Source: Diadema antillarum
Taxonomy: Eukaryota
Reading direction: 5' to 3'
Length of the DNA stretch: 63,873 nt
NCBI RefSeq assembly: GCF_040938485.1
Contig: NW_027271431.1
Location: 62,001-125,873, forward strand
The position numbers and the translations under genes were made by a program. Position 1 is the stretch's first letter, and each line of letters begins with the position of its first letter. Under the pieces are notes generated by a model that was given only the letters and a program-made list of their open reading frames with translations, had not been told where the DNA came from and made no database searches. This document shows, piece after piece, positions 14,168 to 27,907 of the stretch.

Positions 14168-14300
14168 NNNNNNNNNNNNNNNNNNNNNNNNNNNNNNNNN
14201 NNNNNNNNNNNNNNNNNNNNNNNNNNNNNNNNNNNNNNNNNNNNNNNNNNNNNNNNNNNNNNNNNNNNNNNNNNNNNNNNNNNNNNNNNNNNNNNNNNNN
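14168..14300. other. Assembly gap (N). Others at 26597-26726, 48365-48517, 50878-51044, 54115-54291 and 61485-61618
   Basis: Runs of N. Several abut microsatellites. Confidence 0.99.
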
Positions 14301-14546
14301 TGTATCTGAATATATAATATATATGCCATATCTATCTATTGATCTATCTTTCTACCTGTCTGTCTATGTATGTATGTATCTATCTATTTATCTCTTGGAG
14401 AGAGAACAGAAAGCGATGTGGAAACACTGAGCGCATGTTGCTTGTTGGATGTGTGTCCATTCTCCTCTCCTCCCCCATCGCAACACCCATCTTCCTATTC
14501 AATCCATCTCCCTCCACCTATATTTTCATCTCTCTTTTTCCTTACC

Positions 14547-14595
<49 letters not shown>

Positions 14596-15665
14596 CTATG
14601 TATATGTGCGTGTGTGTGAGGGAGAGAGAAAGACGCCGGTATGTTGTCTGAAGGTTTCCCTTTATACGTGACCTCATTTTAGGTCGTCTTTGCAACACGT
14701 CTTTTTGTCCGTTCCGTCTGATGTTGAGCGGTCCAAAAGCACGAAAACAAAGCCGCGGACAACATTCAGACACGTTTTTATGTTTGCCTGCACGCACGAA
14801 ATGAAACATTGTTAAAGTTTAAAAAGGCCACCTCAATGCCGGTCAGATTACGAAAGGATGTGTGATAATAAACAGCTGGATATTATAATCGATGAAGTAG
14901 ACCGAGATAATTAATCCATGAAATAATCCGATATTTTTGAAGCGTCTCGCTGTGTCTTTCATTGGTATTTTTAGACATAATCCCTCCACGATCATTGCGC
15001 ATATAACAAGCTTAAAGCTCATGATAAAACACTATCCGGGATATTTACCTACCAAAACATGATGACTTCACGAAATATTAGCTACTCTTTGACGTTGTTC
15101 CTTAGAGAAACATTAAAAAGAATTAAGGGTGCCATAATTACTAAGATAATATGACCGATTCTAGCAGTCATTCACAGTAATGGAAACGCAGAGAGATTCG
15201 AATAACCATTTCATAAAACAAATATGGCACGATGTTTTAGCCATTTACCTGCTTTTCATGTGCAGCAAATCGGACCATAAATCAAGTTCAAAACGTGCAT
15301 GAAACATGTCAAACAAAGGTCAAATTTATGTTTGGATATAAATAAACTCTTCGTCCGCCTAATGACTTTCTCCTCCCAAATCCGTTAAGACAAATACCAC
15401 GTGTCCGATGCACCATCTTGTATTGAGGAAATGTGTTGAAAAAGATGCTAGAAATCTACGACATCACGAGCTGACAGAAACAACCTTTAAAGCGGTTCCA
15501 ACATCCGAGTCTTTTTACTTGGTAGTTTTCCCTCAAAAATACTTCGATGGAGTTTTGACTGGAAGCGGTGCGTCTCGATTAAGTATTCGTTAGAACAGTC
15601 TCCGTTAATCTTCAATAAGACGATGTTCATTTAGCACCTCACCATATCCTTGTAGGTCATCACCT

Positions 15666-15679
15666 GGAAGTGACGTCAC
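15666..15679 (+). promoter_or_regulatory. ETS-CRE overlapping composite motif in the last KLF intron
   Basis: GGAAGTGACGTCAC. Sequence match only, function untested. Confidence 0.4.
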
Positions 15680-18126
15680 CCATTCGTATTGACTATCAAA
15701 ATCAACAATAAGAATGAGTTATGATTGAACCTGGAATATAGATTTTAAGAAGTAGTTCATCTACCGGAGAAAGCGTAATGTTAGAGATTTTTCATTCCAG
15801 GAGAATGATAATAAGTAATGTCTTATCATTCTAATGAGATGTCTACAAGTGACGCCGCAAGACTCTCATTTTAAAAGTCCACAAATCAAGAATAGAAGCT
15901 AGATACTTCCAGTCATACCGTCGTGTTGTTATTATCAGTTGTAGTAATAGTAATGCCCAGTGACCGATGAAGAACGATTGCTATTCATATTTTTCTTCGT
16001 TGTGTTATCATATCACTACATTATTGCACTTAACCCGAAAATAATTGCCTGCTTATACCGCTATCCGTGTCTATACTTATTACCAAGGATTGACAAAACC
16101 ACAAAGTGCGAGCTCGGTGCCTGGGAATAGGTGAAAAAAAATGGTGTATTATTTGCATGGTACAATTTCCACGCTTCGACAGTTTACGCACAATTCTCAT
16201 GATAGGCCGGTTATCGCTCATTCTCATAAACGGACGCGTAGTGTTCGATCACTGTCATTGTCGTAGTTAGTTCACATTATCGATGATTGTTCTACCTTTA
16301 TTAGAGAAAAAGATTTAAAAATAGTGACAATAAACAGCAGATGGAGAGGGTTCACACACAACGTCTATTTCATTGTAAACACTCCGCATCGTGTGAAGAC
16401 AATATTCAGTCCCTTCCAAACACAGCCAGCACACTCTTTAACAGTTTAAGGTCATTTTTGTGTATTCTGAAACCAATATTATAGTAGTCTGCATAAGGAG
16501 TAGAATAGCACTTTATTCCGAACAGTAGTTGATTGGTGAAACTTAAGAGAAACAATTCATCTTTGTTTCAATAACTCATCTGTAATACTTGCCAAAACAG
16601 CCCTGATTTTTTTTTTAAACAAAAGAATCAATCGTACGTGAGAGCAAACTAAGCATGTTTTTGTCTATCTTAATAGCCTTGTACAAGTGACATGGTTGAA
16701 ATATTATCAAGATTATTGTCATGGCTTCCATGTTTTGGCATCATTGAAATACAATATATGTGCGGATGATCTAGCGCCTTATCCTTTGATTGTATAATAT
16801 ACTCACGTTTACATCCCCTACCTTTTGGTTGCTTTAATTCTTTTCATTTCACTTGGAATAAAGTGGCACTAAGATCACATGATTTGATTCGTCTTAACGT
16901 GTTCCAAAGCTGACGTTCAAGAGGCAATCTTCGTCTATTTACAAAGTTTGCAGATTTACTGTATTATATAAACACTGCCGTGTCACGATGGAATTTTCCT
17001 CTTCTCCCACGCATTGGCATTTAAAGCTGAGTGTATAATTATGTGTCTGTGTGTTTGTTCGTGTATGTGTGTGTGTGTACGTTTGTGTGATTATGAGTGT
17101 GTGACAATATTAGTGATAGTTGAAAATAAAGTGACAATCTATCGAGTGATAATAACTGAAGTGATAAAAGTAACTATAGTTAAGGGAACATAACGGGTAA
17201 AAAAAAAAACCCCGAGTGTGTGTAAGTATGTAGCTATACACACAGGAAGCAAGTTATTCATTGTAAGAATCTTATGCATACATGATGAAAGGAGATCGTA
17301 TTGTAGCTCTTTCTTTGCAGGAATCTGTACAACTTATTTCGGTACAGATAAGAATTAATGTGATCAAACAGCATTAATGGAATACTAGCTGCTACGTTTC
17401 TTTCTCTTTCGTCTGTAGTATTTGATTTTTGATAAAATCAAAAGGAGTAAAAGATAGCGATTGAGCAAGACCGTGGTTACCTGAGAAGATGCTGGTCACG
17501 GTCCTTTGTACATGATATCACTATGCATTTCTCTCAAAACAAATTTGCTCATTAATTAAGAAAAAAAAAACCTACAGCGCAAACTATGAAATATTTGACA
17601 TTGTAAGGATAAAGATTTTTGATTGATATTGGGAATGCGGTGCAGTCATTTGAATTGAATGCAGTAAAAGCAATCAGTATCTTAACCGGTCAATTGATTG
17701 ATCCCACGCTATGCTGCATTGTAACCATCATATGCAATTATGATATAGGCTTTAGTGTCTAAATCATTGTACAGTGTCTACATATAAGTGTCAGCAAAGT
17801 AATAAACTATTAGCTATCAATAATATTTTTTTTGGTGGTTTATTATAACGTGATGTCAAATAAGATGACATTAGATATTTTTCATATAAAGCTCCCAGAT
17901 TATTTTCGTAAAGATAGTTCTGACGAAATTGTGCCATTTCAAGTTTTCACCTTTTAGTTTGATAGAACACCTGGCGCATGAAATTCTGAATTAATGTCCG
18001 TAAGCGCATCCATTCATTCAACTATGTATCTATTCGATTCGGTACATATTGTAGTAGAGTGAAAGCTGTATGGATAGTATTCCCAATTTTTCTCTCTTTT
18101 CTCTGTCTCTTTGCATTCCTTTGCAG

Positions 18127-18310
18127 GTGTACATGGAACGCTTGTCAGTGGCGGTTCGCGCGGTCTGACGAGCTAACGAGACACTACCGCAAACACACGG
18201 GGGCCAAGCCGTTCAAATGCAAGGTGTGCGAGCGCTGCTTCTCCCGGTCTGACCATCTCTCGTTGCACATGAAGCGCCACCAAGACAAACTGAACCACCA
18301 CCGACAGTAA
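18127..18310 (+). CDS. KLF6/7: Terminal coding exon of KLF6/7 (zinc fingers 2 and 3, stop TAA)
   Basis: Acceptor cctttgcag|. Reads (R)[60 protein letters not shown]. The GAKPFKC linker and RCFSRSDHL are typical of the KLF6/7 subgroup. Confidence 0.96.
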
Positions 18311-19671
18311 CTTTGGCGCCAAAGTCTGGGCCAGGGGCGAAGGCCATAGCTGGCCAGCAATGAACTACAAAGAACCGGACAGAAATCCACGTAGCGGGGC
18401 TCGTATTGATCAGAAAGACTCGCGATAGGTTGGTGTGTCGACGAATAGTTCGCTGGAACACTATTGTCAGCTCAAGCGCTAGCTGAGGAACTTACAACGC
18501 TCGGAGTAGACAACTCGGACAAGACTCTCTCGTGATTCTAGTTTTCTCATTGTGATGTTTTATTGCTATACATATTTTCTTTACCTTTTATGTTATTCCA
18601 ATGACGAGGTGCTACGCTTTGTTTCTGCACTTCAGCAATAGGACGCCCTCCAGCCGGCAAGGGGAACTCCGTCGCAGATACAAACGTTCGCCGATCTATG
18701 AGCGTATTTCTTGTGCCACTCAACTCAAGCAGGCAACGATGACACCGAGCGTGCATCCCTCCCTCTCTTTGGCCAGGGAGGTGTGAGTTACCTCCCTGTT
18801 TTGACCTTATTAGACATGGGAGTTGAGACTCTGATCCAGGCACAACTAGCTTGCCCGGGGAAAGAGGAGGGGGCAGAGACACTTATCTTCCCCGCTTGAT
18901 TCCGGAACGGACCCTGGAGGAAATTGCCGCCGGCGTTTCGCCGAGTGCTCGAGAGCCCCGGGCTGTGTTTCGCGGGCAGGTGTGAGGCGTAGGCTCGCGT
19001 TCTTACAACGTAGAATATAATTATTCTTTTTCCACTGTCTCCTCAAAGGTCCTACCATGGACTGTCAGCCAGTCCCGACGTCATTTCGGGAATATTATGA
19101 TCATACTTATGGCTCATTAATCAGACATTCACGAAATTGCCTTAAACATAATACCCTCTTGCAATCAATATTAGCGATAATGTATATAGGTTTGCCCTAT
19201 GCAGTGGCAGCTGCACTGTGTAATGGTAGCTGCAGTGAAGGTCTATAGATCCGGATACAAAATTAAGATGAAAATGGACATTACTCACTTTGTATAAGGT
19301 TCAGACAACTTTGCCTTTTTTATGTCATAATTATAACAAGTCACTGTGCATTAGAACATCAGAACAAAAATCTTCGGTTCTCGGGTGCTCTCATACAAAT
19401 CAAATGTTGGTATTTTTTTGTTGTTGCATTGAAGATGTCTTTCAAGTTTTGCCTAATATCTAGTATTTATGTATTGCCTCTTTCTCAATCATCGTCAATG
19501 ACATGAAATTATCACACTCGACAATGTTATACTAATCTCGTGTCTTCCACTATAATGTATTTTGCGTATTTGCTGCATTTCCATGAAAACAAAGACGTGC
19601 TATTCGTTGAATGATATAACCGGTGCCTTTGATACATGATTATAATTTCGATGTCTTCACACATAATGCGA

Positions 19672-19748
19672 CAACAGCAACAACAACAACAAGAACAACA
19701 AGAACAAGAACAACAACAACAAGAACAAGAACAACAAGAACAACAACA
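19672..19748. repeat. (CAA/CAG/GAA)n trinucleotide microsatellite
   Basis: Direct reading of the tandem trinucleotides. Confidence 0.9.
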
Positions 19749-22700
19749 TTCTGTCTTTATTCCAATTTTAGTTATTCTAGACAGCTGTATGTATGTGGTT
19801 GACGAGTGTCCCGTTTGTAGAAATCAGCCCAAACTCTGTGCTTCCGAATCCTTCACACCCCAATACCCCTCTCGCAGGAGCACGTCATAAAATCGTAATT
19901 GAGCAGCTGATATCAAGTAGAAAGAAATTGTGCATCACTGTGCATGATATGAAAAAAGTATCCTCTAAAGACATGCAATAGATCAACATATCCACTTGAC
20001 AAATTGACCAGTAGGAGAAAGAAATCGTACCCAATGCGCCATTTTTGAAGAACAAAGTCAATTATCTCTTATACGTTTTGGTCTTGGTGTATTTGCTGAC
20101 GTCATAATGACCAGAATAATAATGAGATTATAATAATCATGATAATTATAACAACGATAATGATTAGGACAGTGATTATAACAATAAAGATCATGGCAAT
20201 TAACAGCGATGAGAAGGCTCGACGATAATGATGATAATGTGAATGATTAAACACTTTACGGGCACAGTTGCTAAAAAACGTTCAATCGCAATGACAAAAA
20301 GAACCTGCCACTGAAAAAAAAGGAGAGAAAACTTACTGGTAAATTGTCGTTTGGCACACGACGTAACCCCACACACGATCCATCGCAAACACATCGGGGA
20401 AGTTAACCTATGGAATTTGTTCAGATATAGATCGTCGTCTCTGTTTGTGTTAACGTTGTTTTATTTTAGCGTTGTTAAAAGACAGACAGAGCTTGGAAAT
20501 TGATTAACTTAGGAAGAGTCAATAGCAGACTACACCGAGAGAGTTTCAGAGGTGCTATAATCGAAGGTCAAATGCACACGAGAAAAGTTCATTTTGAATA
20601 ACAAATGAGCGGGACGTAAAGGAAGAAGAAAAGTAATGTGTATGTGTGTGTGTATGTGTGTGTATGTGTGTGTGTATGTGCGTTTGTGTGTGTGAGAGAG
20701 AGAGGGAGAGAGAGAGAGCGGTGACCATAGTCGTGTTTACCATAGTAATATCGGTCACTATGGTGACCCCGCCTCCGCAGTTGATCCTGAAAATGATAGT
20801 GCTTGCATTTCGTGACCTTTTGCTGATTTTTCAGACTCTAAAGTGATTCAGACCTGGAATGGGATTCATTGATGTGGTATTACAGAGCCAACATTTTCTC
20901 GGGAGTTCTATTGAGATTCAGTATCATGTATGCAGCTTCTTACAACTTCTAAGACACTGTACGATGTCCCATGTAATTCCTAGTGTGGGACCAAGGAGTT
21001 TTGGTGGGACTACGTTGCCTTTGATTTCAAGTCGAAGTAAAATGTTGCTGTTGTGCACGCATGACTGTGACCAGCACTACTTGAAAAGCGAAAACTTACC
21101 TTCCGACACGGTCATTCTTTTTAATAGACTACGATTGATTCAATAGATCTATATTGTTAACCCTAAAGCGATGGATGACGTTTGCACATTTTAAGTGCAA
21201 TTAAAAAGATGACATCGCATCATCCCGTATACATATCGACGGCCTACATGGGCCATCAAATGAAAAATCAATGTTGAGAAAGCATTATTGAGGACGATGT
21301 AGTGAAGGAAGAGAGTTTAATGGATTTATCTAGCAAACTAATTTGTTTACTGTACTTGACAATGATATAGAAACTATTTCTGCTTCAGGCTGGTTTTGTG
21401 TTGTGATTTTAGTGTTTGATTGTTTGATTGTTTGAATAATGACAAATATGTCTTCATGACTTGGCAATAAAGTGTGTATACTTGACAAAGTGTCCCAGGG
21501 TCAGAAACTGGTAACGGGCATTGCGAAATTGTGAAAAAAATCCTCTCGAGTAGTTCTGACTTTGTACAATATTGTCAGCAGAGGCGAAGTGTTGTTTTTT
21601 CCCCTGCTTCGTGCTGCCGTGTCGGCGATAACATTTGGATTTCATCGTTGAACTGAGATATGAATGCAGATCCTCATGTAATCTTTGTAAATTCCTTATA
21701 CGTGTTAATCAGGCTACCCCTGTATAAGAAACACAAGACTCCTTGTACACACATGCGTGTAGGTATGTGTGTTGTTTGAACGATAATCATTATCACCTGC
21801 CTATATCACTAAGTCTTGAGTAAAGCGTCCTATTGTTAATCGCCTCAGAATAAGACCAACCACAAGGAACATTGGACACCATTGGTCGTGTTATAAATAT
21901 GTATGATTATTTTCCTAATCGATGCGCTATTATATGTTGCTACCAACGACTAGAGAATGTATACATCTGACAAGAGTTGCCAATTTGGTGACGCGAAGGA
22001 AGTGAGCACGTGACCCAGCCAAGGATATTTTTTGTTTGTGTGTTTATTTTTCCTCACCATTTGCATATAGGCCAAGAAAGACTGCAGTGCAATGATCAAT
22101 TTGTTTCAGCTTTGCCTGCTTCGTACCGTGGGGGGGGGGGGGGGGGAGGGGGAGGGGGAGGGTGGGGGGCTCTTGATGTACATCTCCCTGCTCATAGCTT
22201 TTAATATGGTAGCTCCGAAGCGTAACCATTTGGACATGTTTAAAGTTCCTTCTCCTATAAACTTACCCCATCCCTGTTGTCTGTTCTTTGCATAATTAGA
22301 AAACAAAAACAACAACTATGGGATGATGCCTATAATTGACAAGCATGACGCCAATTAACAATTATTCCAGGATAATGCAAATGATCCGAAGTATCACCAA
22401 AAGTTTCATTCTATCTTCTTGTAGACTTTGATATTACGACCTTGTAGAATGTACGTCCAAAACGATTTGCATCAAAATACCACATCATCAGAATATCAGC
22501 AAGTACTTCTAAGATTGTATGATTCATATGAATACTGTGATGGTGTTTCGGATCTTGTCTTCAAACACTGAGCCTATGCTGTGAAGTTAATTATTTTCAT
22601 CAAAATAATACCGATGTCAAGGTGATGGTCTAATTATCAAAAGGAGGTTCAGTCTCGTGATGTCTTCCGTATTTCAAATAATTCTTCTTCCTATCTTGCT

Positions 22701-23291
22701 CTTACAATGGGACCCAGTCAGAGGACGACGTCCATTTTGATCTAGCCATTTCATCATGGTGAGGACGAGTTATTTTCACGTTATCAATCTCATTGCCTTA
22801 CATTACGTGTAAATATTTTCCCAATAGATAAACTCACCGGTGAGTATGTTTCATGATACAAATGGTCTCACGGCTGTTTGCTGTTTGTCTGTCGTTTGGT
22901 TCTCTGTTGGAAAATAATAAAAGTGGATAAAAATGAAAAGTCAAAAATCCTGTGAGTTTTTTGTGTAACTTTTTGTGAGACGTCTCTGAGTTACCGACCT
23001 GGATACTTTCGCTATAAGTATGTACGAAGGATTCCTCAGCACTTTGGTGATGCTTTTAATTCAATTCAAATGAAATCAATTAAAATCACGAAGTAGCTCC
23101 TTCTTGCCGTTTGGTGACAACTTCTGAATAGTTGGTTGACCGGAGGAAATGATGTGTTTAAAAGTTTAGGCCTCTGAAAATGTCATATTTTCATGTAAAA
23201 GTGACATTGGCCACAAACATCATGCAAATAAGACGGCGTAATATAGAGCTGTCACAGTATCTTATTGACGTGCGCACAAATTTTTGCTAAA

Positions 23292-23329
<38 letters not shown>

Positions 23330-23675
23330 TGTGTGTGTAATTTGAATTACAATAAAATGTCCGAACGACATACATCCCAATTGAGTATAGGAAGAATTGA
23401 GCAATATTTTATACCTTAAAGTGTGATGGTTGTTATTGCTAAATTCTTGAAATATGATTTGTGTAAACGAATTGTGAGATGACAAAAAGGTCTAATTTGC
23501 TAAATTACACAGTAAAATATCACATTTAGTTATGTAAATTTCATGTCTTTTTTAATGAAATTTGTTCTGTTCGGTATGTGTGATTGTGATATAAACACAT
23601 ATTACAATGATAGTTTGTCGTATGTCATTAATATACACACACATAATGAAAATGTATAAACATATCTCGTATATG

Positions 23676-23678
<3 letters not shown>

Positions 23679-23726
<48 letters not shown>
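23679..23726. repeat. (AT)n microsatellite. Other dinucleotide tracts include (CA)n 6163-6206, (GT)n 14549-14592, (GT)n 23295-23338, (GA)n 26192-26243, (AT)n/(GT)n 30323-30400, (GA)n 33451-33480 and (CA)n 52466-52550
   Basis: Direct reading. Confidence 0.9.
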
Positions 23727-23735
<9 letters not shown>

Positions 23736-24232
23736 GAAAGAGAGCGTATAGTAAATTTGAACCTGACTTGGAATGGAATTAATATTGCGATGTATAGATC
23801 TCTCAGTTTTGAATTAACCTACAGAAAAAGAGAGTCTCCACACTGGGCTATGTAATATACAAGACGAAGGAAACTGTTGACACGTTATGTATAAACATAA
23901 TCAACTCACGGATCCCCAACGCCATCCCACTCTAGTCTTTCATCGTGAGCAGTAGTCATTCATTGGTTGATTGATATATCGGATAATGGAAGACCATGAT
24001 TGATCTTCCGACAATGTACCTCCGTATGTATATTATGAACAAACTCTTTTTTTTTTCTATCCCGATCTGATCACCAGATTGATGGATGATTTCATAGAGC
24101 TACTGACGAAATATTTGATTGCTGAGTAGGCACACACATGCATCAAAGTGACATAATTCACTACGTTTGTCATAAAACAGTGCAGTCCAACGAACGTGAA
24201 AGCGTTAAAACGCTTTATCTTTAAAAGACTAC

Positions 24233-24426
24233 GGGTGATGTTCGCTATTCCGATGGTTCGTTAATCCGAAAAGGAAGTGAGGTTCGCTATTCCAAATATG
24301 CACAGAAAGTGTGCCATAGCGAGCCTTCGGAAACACGAACATTAATTTCGTTTTCGGATGACAAACTTTGGGATTAACGAACTTTATTTCATTTTCGGGT
24401 TAACGAGCCTTCGGAATAACGAACGC
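24233..24426. mobile_element. Short degenerate foldback element built from GTTCGTTATTCCGAAG subrepeats
   Basis: The left half carries TTCG(C/T)TA(T/A)TCCGA units and the right half the inverse (CCTTCGGAATAACGAAC). Same family as 30874-31322. Confidence 0.7.
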
Positions 24427-26211
24427 TTTTTGCTGTAGGTTTACATAAATCTTATACCCTGTGTAGTATGGTCTTTTCCAGAGATATACAAGACCATTAA
24501 TACGTCTGCTCTCCCAAATTATGGGTACAAGTTGCATTCACATTTGATGCAGGAGTTGTTTTCGGATTTTTGGTTCCGAGAAGGTACTGGAACATGAAAT
24601 TTTTGTAGAGTGAACAACAAAGGGCGCAATTTTCCTACGAAATAAGCAATTGTTTAAAAAATGCCCAAAACAAACAAACAAACAAACAAAACACTCTAGA
24701 AGGGATCCAAGAATATTTCTGCACTGTAGAAGTCAAATTTGTGTATGTACATATACAGATATACCGACAAAGTCTTTTTCCATCTAGGTGTTTCCGGCAA
24801 AGTTCAGTACACAGATTTATCAAGTATGTGAAATTCATGGGTATTTCTCCCTCCTCGCCTCCTCCCCACATAGGTAACAAGCCATTTAATTTCAAAAGAC
24901 GTTTTGATAACTTGAATACAACTTGAATTTATTGGTGGACGAGCATTCTCATTGCTGTCTGAACAAACCTCTGTTCTAAAGGATGCACAAAATTTAATTT
25001 CATTTCAATCGATTTTCATTTTTCTCAATAAGCTTTGACGCACAATAAACAAATACAGATATATACAACAAAACTTGACTATAGATGTTAGTAAATTAGC
25101 TAGTAAACTAACTAGATCTCTAGCTGACAATCAAATCAAAATGGTGGAAACATGATGATATAATTATATTCGTTGGTAGTTTGTTGTTGTTCTGTGGTGT
25201 AAATTTGCGTCTTTGTGTTTGTGTGTGTGTGTGTATGTGTGTGCGTGTGTATGTGTTACTTGCACGCGTGTTCTCGTAAGCGCATTATGTTTGCTCGCTT
25301 ACGGATGTGCACGTGACTGTGTGCGCGCGTGAGCGCACACACGTACGTGCTTGAGTACGTTTACGTGTGCGTGTTCTTGCTTGCGATGTTGAAAATGTTT
25401 GAACAAGAGCATGCTATCTTTTGCCAGTTAGCAGCATGTGCAAGCATGCAGAGTGCTAGACTGATCTTTATCATCAATTTTTGCCTTGCATTTCTGCACA
25501 TCTTCACTCGACTTGGCGGGATGAATATCAAGTAGACGCAGTTTATTGTAGAGAATGACATTCGTGTCAATAGCCATGTCATTAAAGGTTAAGAATATTG
25601 CCGTCAGCGCCTTTTAGAATGACTTCAAAGGTACGATCGAGACCAAACCAACAAAGGTCGAGTGTTTAACTTGCTTGGGTCATACACACACACACACACA
25701 AACACACACAAACACACACACGCACACACACACACACACAAACAAATAACAGCACCTCAATACAAGAGAGGGAGACAGATAGACAGACAGACACTCTGAC
25801 AAACACGGAGAATTTGCTAATAACATGTTTTCTAAACATTCACAGCAACTATGATATAATGTACTAAGTATATGTAATTATATGTATAAGATATATAAAT
25901 ATATATATATATTTAAATATATATGTGTAAGATAAATATAATACACACACACATTTATATATATATATATATGTATCACATATTCAAATAGGATGAAGTA
26001 TTCATGTTGTTCTCAAGGTCAAATATCCCTTTAAGATCTCAACTTCCCATTAAATCGTGCGTCGTGTTTGGCTAGTGTCGCGTTTTCAACCCACGCATCA
26101 TTCCACTCTTTTTTTCCCTCTTATTGAAGTCTGTATCTACACAAACACATGAACCCAAGGAAAAAAGAGGAGAGGACAACGAAGAGAATGGGAGAGAGAG
26201 AGAGAGAAAGA

Positions 26212-26247
<36 letters not shown>

Positions 26248-27907
26248 AAGGAACATATATTGGGTCTTCTGTTCTTTTTGATATTGGTTGTTTTGTTTTG
26301 TTTTGTGGGTCTTTTTTTAGAAGGCGCAAAAGTTCTCTTTTGCCCTGATCTGAAACTCAAATATCCCGTGGCCACATCGTACTATATTCTTTTTCCTTCT
26401 CGGTCAAAACATTCATGGACTATACCTTTTAAGAACGCTGGCTACCTTGAAAGCTGTGCAAAAGTGAGAAGTATTTATATCTATTAAATCTGCATCTGAC
26501 ATTTACATCATAGAGAACAGCTTGAGGCTATAATGTTTGATTAAACGCACATGCCATAATCTGTATAGTTATGAACACACAGATGATTGTAATACANNNN
26601 NNNNNNNNNNNNNNNNNNNNNNNNNNNNNNNNNNNNNNNNNNNNNNNNNNNNNNNNNNNNNNNNNNNNNNNNNNNNNNNNNNNNNNNNNNNNNNNNNNNN
26701 NNNNNNNNNNNNNNNNNNNNNNNNNNGTATATGATACGTGTTGAAATAGATAGTTCTACAGACAGACACACACACACATACACGCACACACACACACACA
26801 TACATATGTATATATACACGTGTTGGAATAGATGTAATGTTGAAGGCAGATGTGATTGCAGAAAAGAACTAAGATTGACTGCACAGACACCTAAAAGTTG
26901 GAGACAAGCAAGGTCTAATCAGTATCTAAATTTTCTGTGGTATCATGCATTTTTTTTTTAATTGCTATACATGAACTTGAATCTTTTTAGCAATCCCAGT
27001 ATGCATACATTGTATATCGTCTATGCCTTTTCTTCCCTCTGGAGATGAGATTCGATAGATGAAAAATTTGTATGTTTCTTATCCAGTGTTTTCCCATCCA
27101 CTCGACTTCTTACTATCAGTCACAACATTTATGACTGATTGAAAAATTACCCTACATCGGCGTGAATAAGCACGGAGTAACCATGCCAGAAGAAATCATT
27201 TGTGGACATACATAATCCTATACATATGCCCATGATTTATTTTGTTATTGCTTCTACTGCAACACTGATCAATTCAGTCCTTATGTATAAATGTATTTTT
27301 TTTTCTCAATTTGTTTGTGAGCATGTAACTGTAATTGTTGACTGGGTCTTTTATTTTGTAAGATGTATTTACATGTTATTCTGTATTGTCTTGTGTCTCC
27401 TATTTAATCCAGGAGGCGACCAAGGCCTTTCATGTCACATTGTTTATTTATATAATAAGGAATGTTGAACAACAAAGTCGAGGGTGGGCAATTCGTCAAT
27501 CAGTTGCAATAAAAACTACTCGACGCAAGACTTTTATGAATTTGAATCACAAAGTTTGTTGACTCCCGGAGGGTAACATGAATGAGTCAAAGAAATCAGG
27601 CTTAATGAAATCATTGCGAGTAGAATTGAAAGCTGTAATGATGGGTCTGGAGGTGTGCCCAGTACAAGGCCTCTTAATGTCAAGTACAGTTGATGTAAAT
27701 CGCATTCTCATTTCTCAAACAAGTAAAATACTTCCCAAGCGGGGGCTCTGTAACGTTATATATTACAATCATGTACCTGAATTGATGCTTAAAAAGAATA
27801 AGTACTTTCAATAACGCCGATATGGAAATTAATATAAGTCCATAATATCCAACACATCAGCATAATATTTATTGTTAACTCAGCCAGTGGATTCAAACAC
27901 GATTTTG

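Noticed and set aside
16022-16037. miR-92-like sequence TATTGCACTTAACCCG
   Set aside because: There is no complementary arm nearby to form a precursor hairpin, and the 3' half diverges.
19636-19890. ORF with a polyQ/E tract
   Set aside because: It is only a translated CAA microsatellite, with no splice context or domain.
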